The notes below the pieces were generated by a model, which saw nothing but the letters and a program-made list of their open reading frames with translations, was not told the origin of the DNA and searched no databases. DNA of 64,000 bases from Candidatus Omnitrophota bacterium (lineage in GTDB: Bacteria > Omnitrophota > Gorgyraeia > Zapsychrales > Fredricksoniimonadaceae). Of the stretch, positions 9,334 through 16,975 are shown piece after piece; positions within the stretch are counted from its first letter, which is position 1; the number at the start of each line of letters is the position of its first letter. The stretch is from NCBI GenBank assembly GCA_016201795.1, contig JACQCF010000004.1:74117-138116 (forward strand), in the 5' to 3' direction. The position numbers and the translations under genes were made by a program.

Positions 9334-10773
9334 ATGAGTCAAGCATTCGAGACAGTCATCGGTTTGGAAGTGCATCTGCAGTTGTCCACCAAGACCAAAA
9401 TATTCTGCGGATGCGCCAATATGTTTGGGTCAGCACCTAACACCAATGTCTGCCCGGTATGTTTAGGACTGCCGGGGACTTTGCCGGTATTAAATCACCA
9501 GACGCTGTTGTACGCTATCAAAGTGGGGTTGGCCTTAAACGCGCACATCAACCCTTTTATTAAATTCGACCGCAAAAATTATTATTATCCGGATTTGCCT
9601 AAAGGCTATCAAATTTCTCAATACGATTTTCCCGTGGCTAAAGATGGTTTTGTGATGATCAAAACCGACAAAGGTCCCAAGCGCATCGGCATCAAACGCG
9701 CGCATCTGGAAGAGGATGCCGGCAAACTCATGCACGACAACACAGACAATTGTTCTTTGGTGGATTACAACCGCACCGGCACACCGCTGATTGAAATTGT
9801 CACCCAACCGGATTTGCGCTCTGCCGGGGAATCCTATGATTACCTTAATACACTCAAGTTGATGTTACAGTATTTAGGCGTTTCCGACTGTGACATGGAA
9901 AAGGGAAGTTTGCGTTGCGATGCCAATGTTTCCATTCGGCCAGCGGAATCGACGAGCTTTGGTACCAAAACCGAGCTTAAGAATATGAATTCTTTCCGTG
10001 CCGTTAAATCTGCGCTGGAATATGAAGTCGGGCGGCATAAGCAGGTTATTTTATCCGGCGGTAAAATCGTGCAGGAAACTCTGCTCTGGGATGACCAAAA
10101 AAGTGTGACCGTCGCCATGCGTTCCAAAGAACAGGCGCATGATTACCGTTATTTTCCCGACCCCGATCTAGTGCCGTTTACCGTTGATTATAAAGTGCTT
10201 GATCAGGTGCGTGCCGAATTGCCGGAGTTGCCCGGTGTTAAATTAGAGCGTTTTATTAAGCAATATGGTCTGAATGAATACGATGCGGGGGTTTTGGTCA
10301 TGGATCAGGCGGCGGCTAATTTTTTTGAAAGCTGCTGTGAGTCCTACAATCAGCCAAAAAAGATTGCCAATTGGCTTAACGGCGCTATGCTTAAAGAAAT
10401 GAATGAACGCAAAGTCGGTATCAGTGAGCTTGGCTTAACGTCGGTCAATTTGATTGAATTGATTAAATCCGTCGAAGATGGAGTCCTCAGCCATTTGGCG
10501 GGCAAAGAGGTTTTAACACTGATGCTTGATTCCGGCAAAAGTGCCGGGCAGATTATTCAACAACAAAGCCTGGCGCAAGTGTCTGATGATGCGGTGCTGA
10601 TGGCTATCGTGGACGAGATTATCCAGCAAAACCCGACGGCGGTAGAGCAGATTAAACAGGGTAAATTTGCGGCGGCGGGATTTTTGGTAGGCCAGGCCAT
10701 GAAAAAAAGTGGCGGCAAAGCCAATCCTAAAAAACTTAATGAACTTATCACAAGGAGGATTTCCCATGCCTAA
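9334..10773 (+). CDS. gatB: Asp-tRNA(Asn)/Glu-tRNA(Gln) amidotransferase subunit B
   Basis: …FETVIGLEVHLQLSTKTKIFCGC…CPVCLGLPGTLPVLN… is the GatB N-terminal Zn/cradle region. C-terminal YqeY-like tail. The track ORF begins at a TTG (9307) and there is an ATG at 9319, both inside the hairpin. The first ATG outside the stem is at 9334. Confidence 0.88.
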   Translation: MSQAFETVIGLEVHLQLSTKTKIFCGCANMFGSAPNTNVCPVCLGLPGTLPVLNHQTLLYAIKVGLALNAHINPFIKFDRKNYYYPDLPKGYQISQYDFPVAKDGFVMIKTDKGPKRIGIKRAHLEEDAGKLMHDNTDNCSLVDYNRTGTPLIEIVTQPDLRSAGESYDYLNTLKLMLQYLGVSDCDMEKGSLRCDANVSIRPAESTSFGTKTELKNMNSFRAVKSALEYEVGRHKQVILSGGKIVQETLLWDDQKSVTVAMRSKEQAHDYRYFPDPDLVPFTVDYKVLDQVRAELPELPGVKLERFIKQYGLNEYDAGVLVMDQAAANFFESCCESYNQPKKIANWLNGAMLKEMNERKVGISELGLTSVNLIELIKSVEDGVLSHLAGKEVLTLMLDSGKSAGQIIQQQSLAQVSDDAVLMAIVDEIIQQNPTAVEQIKQGKFAAAGFLVGQAMKKSGGKANPKKLNELITRRISHA

Positions 10774-12130
10774 AAAGACGTGGGCCATTGGTTTGGCTTT
10801 TGTTTTATGTTTGTCAGTAGGGGTTTTAACCTTGACGGTGGCGGTACGGGCGGCCGATGAGAAAAGCCGAGAAAATAAAGATGCCAGGGAGGATTTGTAT
10901 TCCAAAGTAGAATTGTTCAGTTATGCGTTAACGACTATTCAATCGGAATACGTTGATGAAAAGACTCCCAAAGATTTGATTTACGGTTCGCTTAAAGGAA
11001 TGTTAGCGTCGCTAGATCCGCATAGCCAGTTTTTAAATCCGGATGATTACAAAAATTTAAAGACGGAAACTCAGGGGAAATTCGGCGGGCTGGGCATTGA
11101 AATTACCATTAAAGATAGTTTGTTGACGATCATTACACCCATTGAAGATACCCCGGCCTGGAAAGCAGGGCTTAAAGCCGGCGATCGCATTGTCAAAATT
11201 GAGAAAGAGTTGACTCGTGACATGACCTTGGACGATGCGGTTAAAAGATTGCGAGGAGATCCCGGTACAGTTATTCATATTACCGTTTTGCGTGAAAACG
11301 AAGGCATTATTAAAGATTACACGATTACCAGGGAATTGATTCACGTGCAGGATGTGAAAGAGCCGCATTTGATGGAGGATCATATTGGGTATATTCGTTT
11401 GACGGAATTCAGAGAAAATTCTTATCATGAGTTTCATAAGGCGGTTAAAAAACTTAAAGAGCAGGGCGCGGATAGTTTAATTGTCGATTTGCGTAATAAT
11501 CCCGGCGGGCTTTTGAATGTGGCGATCAAAATTACCGAAGACTTTTTGCCAGAGGGTAAAACGATTGTTTCCACCAAGGGCAGGCATCCGGTGAGCGATA
11601 CGGTCATGAAATCTAATAATGGTGATGGTGGGTTTTTAGATTGGCCCATGGCGGTGCTGATCAATGAAGGCAGCGCCTCAGCCAGTGAAATTCTTGCCGG
11701 GGCCCTTAAAGATAATAAACGCGCTGTGACGGTGGGAACCAAATCGTTTGGCAAAGGATCTGTGCAATCAGTGATTCCTTTGCCGGACGGCTCGGGTTTG
11801 CGTTTGACCACCGCTAAATATTTTACACCCTCAGGTGTATGCATCCACGGCATTGGCATTACGCCGGATGTGGCGATTGAACGCATTTATCCCAAGGAAG
11901 ATAAGGATAAAGAGGCCGACAAGGACAAGGACAAAAAGGACAAGAAGAACCTGGATCAAATTTTTGAGGATGTAGAAAATAAAGATAAGAAAGAAGCTGA
12001 AGACTTAACCGAAGAGAAAAAGAAAGAGCTTCAACAAAAGAAAAAAGATCAAGAGGATAATCAATTGCAAACGGCAGTGAATGTGATCAAGGGTATTAAA
12101 GTCTACCGTACATCTATGAATCCTGGTTAA
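10766..12130 (+). CDS. Carboxyl-terminal processing protease (S41, CtpA/Prc-like) with PDZ domain and a K/D/E-rich low-complexity C-terminal tail
   Basis: Signal/TM anchor. PDZ region (GKFGGLGIEITIKDSLLTIITPIEDTPAWKAGLKAGDRIVKI). S41 catalytic region (…NPGGLLNVA…SASASEILAGALKD…). Strong RBS AAGGAGGA 6 nt before the ATG at 10766. The track ORF extends upstream into gatB. The tail reads KEDKDKEADKDKDKKDKK…EEKKKELQQKKKDQEDNQ. Confidence 0.88.
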   Translation: MPKKTWAIGLAFVLCLSVGVLTLTVAVRAADEKSRENKDAREDLYSKVELFSYALTTIQSEYVDEKTPKDLIYGSLKGMLASLDPHSQFLNPDDYKNLKTETQGKFGGLGIEITIKDSLLTIITPIEDTPAWKAGLKAGDRIVKIEKELTRDMTLDDAVKRLRGDPGTVIHITVLRENEGIIKDYTITRELIHVQDVKEPHLMEDHIGYIRLTEFRENSYHEFHKAVKKLKEQGADSLIVDLRNNPGGLLNVAIKITEDFLPEGKTIVSTKGRHPVSDTVMKSNNGDGGFLDWPMAVLINEGSASASEILAGALKDNKRAVTVGTKSFGKGSVQSVIPLPDGSGLRLTTAKYFTPSGVCIHGIGITPDVAIERIYPKEDKDKEADKDKDKKDKKNLDQIFEDVENKDKKEAEDLTEEKKKELQQKKKDQEDNQLQTAVNVIKGIKVYRTSMNPG

Positions 12131-12157
12131 TGGCGCAGCAGACTCACCATAAAATAT

Positions 12158-13024
12158 ATGGCTAAAAAAGGAAAAAGTTCTTCCCACAAAAAAGATATCA
12201 AGACCATGCTGGTGATTTTATTTTTGTTTGCCCTGGTCGCCGTGGTTTTCCTATTTTTTCATAAAGAAAAAACTCCTCCAACCATCTCCAGCGCCGTTGC
12301 CCCTGTAAAAGTTCATAAAAAATCAATGGTTAAGAAAATCCCGCCGGGATCAGCAGGCAAGATTGCTTTTATTCTCGATGACTGGGGTTATCATATGGGC
12401 AATTGTCATTATCTAAAGGAAATCAAAGCGCCGCTGGCAGTTTCTGTGCTGCCCAATTTACGTCATAGCGACGATATTATGAAATGCGCCAGTGTGAATA
12501 ATAAAGATATCATGCTGCATCTGCCGCTGGAGCCGTACCATAATCTTGATAGTTATCCGGATAATTATGTGCTTACAACCGCTATGCCTGTCCATAAGAT
12601 CGAGAAGCTTCTGGAGGAGACTTTGACAAAAATGCCTTTGATCGTGGGGGTGAATAATCACATGGGCTCGAAAGCCACCGAGGACAGGGCTTTGATGAAG
12701 GTGATTTTTCAAAAACTTAAGAACAAAGGGTTGTTTTTCGTTGACAGTATGACAGCTCCGCATCATTCCATTTGTGGGCAGCTAGCCGATGAAATGCAGC
12801 TTCCCTTTGTTAAGAGGGATGTATTTTTGGATAACACTAACACCAAAGAAGCCATCGAAAAACAAATAAGAGAACTTGCCCAAAAAGCCCGTCGTCGTGG
12901 CTATGCCATTGCCATTGGCCATGACCGTTCGTTGACTTTGCAAGTGATTAAAGAGGACATTCCCATTCTTCAAACTCAAGGTTTTGAAATCGTTCACGTC
13001 AAAGACCTTTTACGCCATCGATGA
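12158..13024 (+). CDS. Divergent polysaccharide deacetylase family protein (YibQ-like), N-terminally membrane anchored
   Basis: TM helix (MLVILFLFALVAVVFLFF). Then IAFILDDWGY…SVLPN…HLPLEP…VGVNNHMGSK…FFVDS motifs typical of the YibQ/DUF610 family. Commonly found next to ctpA/envC-type genes. Confidence 0.75.
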   Translation: MAKKGKSSSHKKDIKTMLVILFLFALVAVVFLFFHKEKTPPTISSAVAPVKVHKKSMVKKIPPGSAGKIAFILDDWGYHMGNCHYLKEIKAPLAVSVLPNLRHSDDIMKCASVNNKDIMLHLPLEPYHNLDSYPDNYVLTTAMPVHKIEKLLEETLTKMPLIVGVNNHMGSKATEDRALMKVIFQKLKNKGLFFVDSMTAPHHSICGQLADEMQLPFVKRDVFLDNTNTKEAIEKQIRELAQKARRRGYAIAIGHDRSLTLQVIKEDIPILQTQGFEIVHVKDLLRHR

Positions 13025-13968
13025 ATATTTTAGGTATTGAAACTTCCTGTGATGAAACTGCCGCTGCCGTTGTCACGGATGGGGTGCGGGTGCGCTCCAA
13101 CGTGGTGGCCAGCAGCCTTAAAGAACACGCGCCTTTCGGTGGTATTATTCCCGAAATCGCCTCCCGACGACAAATCGAATGGATTCACGGCGTTGTGGCT
13201 CAAGCCCTGGCGCAAGCACATATGAGTTTGAAGGATATTGATGCGGTGGCGGTAACGGTCAAGCCGGGGTTGATTGGTTCTTTGCTGGTGGGTGTTTCTT
13301 TTGCGAAGGGATTAGCTTATGCCACCAAGAAGCCGCTCGTTGAGGTCGATCATATTCAGGCGCACTGGTATGCTAATTTTTTGCGTTTGGCCTTTGAGCA
13401 TAAACCTTTGCCAGTTTTACCGGCGGTAGGGCTGGTGGTCTCGGGCGGCCACACCAGCCTTTTTGATATCAAAGATTTTCATCGGGTTAAATGTTTAGGG
13501 AAAACCCGCGATGATGCCGCCGGGGAGGCTTTTGATAAAGTGGCCCGTCTGTTGAATTTAGGTTATCCCGGCGGGCCGGCCATTGACCGTTTAGCTCAAA
13601 CAGGGGTTAATGACCAGATTCGTTTTCCCCGCTCAGGGCTTGAGGGCAGTTATGATTTTAGCTTCAGCGGTCTTAAAACAGCAGTGCTGTATTATACCCG
13701 TAAGCATAAAGATTTTCGTGTAGAACAAGTCGTTTATGCTTTCCAGGAAAGTGTGGTCAGGGTTTTAACCGATAAAGCCATTGAGGCCTGCCGCCGTAAA
13801 AAGGTAAAGACTTTGCTGGTTGGCGGGGGAGTGGCGGCCAATTCCGCTCTACGACGATATTTAATGGAAGCTTCAGAGTCCCGAGGCATTCAGGTGCATT
13901 TTCCACCCATGGCCTTTTGTCTGGATGACGCCGCTATGATTGCGGGGCTGGGATATCATCTGATGTAG
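13021..13968 (+). CDS. tsaD: tRNA N6-adenosine threonylcarbamoyltransferase TsaD (Kae1/YgjD family)
   Basis: MNILGIETSCDETAAAVV… N-terminus. …VSGGHT… and HxxH-type metal-binding context. 315 aa. Confidence 0.9.
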   Translation: MNILGIETSCDETAAAVVTDGVRVRSNVVASSLKEHAPFGGIIPEIASRRQIEWIHGVVAQALAQAHMSLKDIDAVAVTVKPGLIGSLLVGVSFAKGLAYATKKPLVEVDHIQAHWYANFLRLAFEHKPLPVLPAVGLVVSGGHTSLFDIKDFHRVKCLGKTRDDAAGEAFDKVARLLNLGYPGGPAIDRLAQTGVNDQIRFPRSGLEGSYDFSFSGLKTAVLYYTRKHKDFRVEQVVYAFQESVVRVLTDKAIEACRRKKVKTLLVGGGVAANSALRRYLMEASESRGIQVHFPPMAFCLDDAAMIAGLGYHLM

Positions 13969-13970
13969 CA

Positions 13971-13999
13971 TTGACTTTAACAGGGGAATTTGGTATATA
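13971..13999 (+). promoter_or_regulatory. Near-consensus sigma70-type promoter (TTGACT-17-TATATA) for the bactofilin-HTH operon
   Basis: TTGACT at 13971-13976, a 17-nt spacer, TATATA at 13994-13999. It lies directly after the tsaD stop. Confidence 0.6.
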
Positions 14000-14017
14000 T
14001 GGTTTAAAGGTGGTTCC

Positions 14018-14098
14018 TCTCCCGCCGTTGGCGGGATCGGGATTAATTCCCCCCACTGATTCGTTTTGTATTCGCAAAGCGAATCAAAACGGTGGGGG
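14018..14098 (+). promoter_or_regulatory. Structured 5' leader with a 21-nt perfect palindrome and a nested triple hairpin
   Basis: First element TCTCCCGCCGTTGGCGGGATC (14018-14038). Second element is a nested structure: CCCCCCAC…GTGGGGG enclosing CGTTTTG/CAAAACG, which encloses ATTCGC-AAA-GCGAAT (14049-14098). The RBS AAGGGGGTG and the ATG at 14117 follow. The identical 21-mer recurs at 44469-44489. Confidence 0.55.
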
Positions 14099-14116
14099 TC
14101 ATTAAGGGGGTGAATT

Positions 14117-14638
14117 ATGGCATTTACTCGTCGGGAAATAAAAGAAACTTCACAGGAAAAAGTCATTGAAATCAATGCTCAAATGGATGGAGTGCTCTCT
14201 TTTGGCGATCCGGTCAATTTAAAAATCACCGGGCGTTTTTCGGGTAAATTGGATACCAAAGGGACGCTGACCGTCGGCCAAACAGCCTATGTGGAGGCGC
14301 AGATTCAAGGTGAAAATATTGTCATCGCCGGTAAAGTCAAAGGTAATGTGGTAGCCAAGAAAATGCTGGTCCTTATGCCTACGGCTGTTTTAACGGGGGA
14401 TATTTTCACGCCAAAACTAAATATCGTCGAGGGGGCCGTGTTTCAAGGGCGTTGCCAGATGTTGGATGAATTTTTGAATGTGGAAGATCTAGCCCAATAT
14501 TTGGAAATTGAATCCGCGGCCATTGAAGAACTGGCTACGACCGGCAAAATTCCGGCGATTAAAGACGATCACGGATGGAAATTTGAGCGGATTAAAATTG
14601 ACCAATGGGCCGCGTCTGTCAAGGTGATGAAGTCATGA
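14117..14638 (+). CDS. Bactofilin (DUF583) domain protein fused to a C-terminal excisionase/MerR-type helix-turn-helix (HTH_17-like) domain
   Basis: Residues ~30-115 show the bactofilin beta-helical repeat (ITGRFSGKLDTKGTLTVGQTAYVEAQIQGENIVIAGKVKGNVV…LTGDIFTPKLNIVEGAVFQGRCQM). The C-terminal 50 aa, VEDLAQYLEIESAAIEELATTGKIPAIKDDHGWKFERIKIDQWA, matches the excisionase-family HTH pattern. Confidence 0.65.
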   Translation: MAFTRREIKETSQEKVIEINAQMDGVLSFGDPVNLKITGRFSGKLDTKGTLTVGQTAYVEAQIQGENIVIAGKVKGNVVAKKMLVLMPTAVLTGDIFTPKLNIVEGAVFQGRCQMLDEFLNVEDLAQYLEIESAAIEELATTGKIPAIKDDHGWKFERIKIDQWAASVKVMKS

Positions 14639-14934
14639 GCGGGCAATATATTACCGTACGCGAGACAGCCCAGATTTTAGGTGTTTCCGAGAAGAAAGTC
14701 ATGGATCTCATTGAAGCCGGCCAATTGCAGGCTTACCGCATTGCCGAGCAATTTTTACGTCTCAAACGTAATGAAGTGGCGCAGGTGCGCACCAGCGGCC
14801 AGGTGATAAGCGAACATGCTCCTCACGATTACACCACAGCCCAGAAGGTTAAAGATTTTTTTTATTTTAATGATTTCTACATTTTTTCTTCCCTGGTTAT
14901 CTTAAGCCTGCTGTACGTCATTTTTTTGACGTAA
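14635..14934 (+). CDS. Small excisionase-family HTH (HTH_17-like) protein with a C-terminal transmembrane anchor
   Basis: MSGQYITVRETAQILGVSEKKVMDLIEAGQLQAYRIAEQFLRLKRNEV is an HTH_17-like domain. The C-terminus FYFNDFYIFSSLVILSLLYVIFLT is a hydrophobic TM segment. Its ATG overlaps the upstream stop (ATGA at 14635-14638). Confidence 0.6.
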   Translation: MSGQYITVRETAQILGVSEKKVMDLIEAGQLQAYRIAEQFLRLKRNEVAQVRTSGQVISEHAPHDYTTAQKVKDFFYFNDFYIFSSLVILSLLYVIFLT

Positions 14935-14951
14935 CCATAACCAGAAATTCC

Positions 14952-14980
14952 TTGCGTGCGGTAAATCTTTCACGTAAAAT
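14952..14980 (+). promoter_or_regulatory. Putative promoter for tRNA(CAT): TTGCGT-17-TAAAAT
   Basis: TTGCGT at 14952-14957, a 17-nt spacer, TAAAAT at 14975-14980. It sits ~25 nt upstream of the mature tRNA 5' end. Confidence 0.4.
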
Positions 14981-15004
14981 TAGCCCTTCTCGAAGATAGA
15001 TTTT

Positions 15005-15080
15005 GGCGGCGTAGCTCAGTTGATAGAGCATTCGGTTCATACCCGACAGGTCAGTGGTTTAAGTCCACTCGCCGCCACCA
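15005..15080 (+). tRNA. tRNA with anticodon CAT (elongator Met or, more likely, tRNA-Ile2 / lysidine-CAU type)
   Basis: 76-nt cloverleaf. Acceptor GGCGGCG/CGCCGCC. D-arm GCTC-AGTTGATA-GAGC. Anticodon arm TTCGG-TTCATAC-CCGAC (anticodon CAT, C29 so not initiator). T-arm AGTGG-TTTAAGT-CCACT. Encoded 3' CCA. The variable/T-loop region (AGGTC…GGTTTAAGTCC) resembles E. coli ileX more than metT. Confidence 0.8.
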
Positions 15081-15131
15081 TTTTTATCAGTTTGATCTTT
15101 ACAGGCAGCCTTTATAGAGTAGACTGAATCA

Positions 15132-15257
15132 GTGCGAAGATTTTTCCATTTCATCGTCCTTGGTATGCTTATACTTTCCACCTCGGGCTGTGCGGTCATT
15201 GGCACTGTCATCAGTGCGGGTATTGGTTATGGCATATACAAAGCGATAAAGCATTAG
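15132..15257 (+). CDS. Unannotated small hydrophobic peptide ORF (41 aa from GTG 15132, or 30 aa from ATG 15165), glycine-zipper membrane peptide / lipoprotein-like
   Basis: Translation: (V)RRFFHFIVLGMLILSTSGCAVIGTVISAGIGYGIYKAIKH*. It has a basic N-terminus, a hydrophobic core, a Cys after LSTSG (lipobox-like), then a GxxxG-type segment. Not in the ORF track (<60 aa). It lies between the tRNA and the next gene. Confidence 0.35.
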   Translation: MRRFFHFIVLGMLILSTSGCAVIGTVISAGIGYGIYKAIKH

Positions 15258-15312
15258 CTTTGTCATTATTTTTCTTCCCACCCCTTGAGGTTTTCTGTAA
15301 AATATCGACCCT

Positions 15313-16962
15313 ATGAATCAATTTCTTCTGAAGCGTTCCTCAATACTTTTATTACTTTGCGGTCTTTTCTTTTTTTTCGGTAATAATCTTGTGCATTTAA
15401 CTGATCCGGATGAAGCGTTCTATTCGCTAACAGCTAAAGAAATGACCGCGCGTCAGGAATGGTTGACCCCGTATATTTTTAACCAGCCCCAATTTGAAAA
15501 ACCTGTTTTGACTTTTTGGTTGATGAAAGTCGCTTTTGCGGTTTTTGGCCAGACGCCGTTTGCGGCGCGGTTTTTCTCGGCGGTATTTGCCAGTCTGGGA
15601 GTGTTAGCAGTGTATGCGTTGGGTTTATTGGGTTTTGGCAATGAGCGAAAGGCTTTTCTGGCCGCTTTAGTGCTTTGCACCTCAGCCTTTTATCTGGCCA
15701 TGGGCAAAACCGTTTTTACGGATATGATTTTTGCGGTGCTGGTTCTTTACGCGCTTTTATCGTTTTATTTAGGATTTCATAATCCTGCGTACAAACGCTT
15801 AGGGATTTTGAGCTTTTATTTTTTTGCGGCTCTGGCTGTCTTAACCAAAGGGCCTCTGGGGTTTTTGATTCCGGTATTGATTGTGGTGGGATTTTTATTA
15901 TATCGCCGTCAACTATCTTTTTTAGTTGATCCCGGGGTTGTGGTCGGATTTTTTTTGTGTCTTTTGATTGCTGTTCCCTGGTACTGGTACATGATAGCCC
16001 AGTATGGCCAGGCCTTTATCCGTGAATTTTTTTATAACGATCACTGGCGGCGCGTTATAGAAGCGGAGCATAGAGGTAACGACCACTGGTTTTTTTATCC
16101 GCTAACCATGATAGGGGGCCTGTTTCCCTGGAGTTTGTTTTTGGCGGCAGCTGTAGTGGATTTATATAAGAGACTCAAAGGAGCGATGAAACCTTTTGAA
16201 CATTTTTTGCTTAGCTGGATGTTGGTTGTTTTTGTCATTTTTCAGCTGGCGCATTCGAAATTGGCCAGTTATATCCTGCCGATGTTTCCGGCCCTGGCTT
16301 TGTTGACGGCCAATTTTGTCGATGAAAGAATAGAGCAACTGCGCTATGGAATGATTAAAAAGTTAAGTTATGTGCTGATTGGTTTTTTGACGATACTGGG
16401 AATTGCTTCGGTAGCTGCCTATAAAGCCTATAAACCTTATGTGTCCTCGATGATACCGGCCTATTGGCTTTCCGCGAGTCTGCTTTCTATCAGCGGGATT
16501 AGTTTAACCTTATTGTTTAAAGATAAAATCCGCCAGGCGGTCGCATTGTTGAGTTTTTGCCTGGTGCCGGTTTTCTTGACGGCATTTATGATCAGCTCTG
16601 ATTTGGAGCCGTATATTTCCATGTATGAGCCTTGCCTGTATGTGCCATCGGCGGCAATGCATAAAACCACGATTTTAGTCGCCAAAGCTTATGCCCGGGG
16701 CGTGCACTATTACACCGATCAGGATGTGGCAGTGATGGATTTAGGCGGTCAGAATTATTTTAGTCCGCATCCTATTCCTATTTTAAACACCAAAGAGAAA
16801 TTGCTTGAGTTTCTTCATAGCCAGCCTCAGATTTTCGCCATACTTAAAAAATCCTATTATCAATATTTAACTAAGAACTACGCGGACCATTTTGACATTG
16901 ATGTTTTAAAAATCGCTGGAGTCAATTACATCCTTAAGATTGAACCCCGGAAACCTTCGTAG
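15313..16962 (+). CDS. Membrane glycosyltransferase of the ArnT/PMT (GT39/GT83) family
   Basis: 12 or more predicted TM helices. N-terminal DE-containing loop (LTDPDEAFYSLTAKEM…PVLTFWLMK…) typical of the undecaprenyl-phosphate/dolichyl-phosphate sugar transferases ArnT/PMT. C-terminal periplasmic domain. Confidence 0.75.
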   Translation: MNQFLLKRSSILLLLCGLFFFFGNNLVHLTDPDEAFYSLTAKEMTARQEWLTPYIFNQPQFEKPVLTFWLMKVAFAVFGQTPFAARFFSAVFASLGVLAVYALGLLGFGNERKAFLAALVLCTSAFYLAMGKTVFTDMIFAVLVLYALLSFYLGFHNPAYKRLGILSFYFFAALAVLTKGPLGFLIPVLIVVGFLLYRRQLSFLVDPGVVVGFFLCLLIAVPWYWYMIAQYGQAFIREFFYNDHWRRVIEAEHRGNDHWFFYPLTMIGGLFPWSLFLAAAVVDLYKRLKGAMKPFEHFLLSWMLVVFVIFQLAHSKLASYILPMFPALALLTANFVDERIEQLRYGMIKKLSYVLIGFLTILGIASVAAYKAYKPYVSSMIPAYWLSASLLSISGISLTLLFKDKIRQAVALLSFCLVPVFLTAFMISSDLEPYISMYEPCLYVPSAAMHKTTILVAKAYARGVHYYTDQDVAVMDLGGQNYFSPHPIPILNTKEKLLEFLHSQPQIFAILKKSYYQYLTKNYADHFDIDVLKIAGVNYILKIEPRKPS

Positions 16963-16975
16963 TAGAATAAATTCT

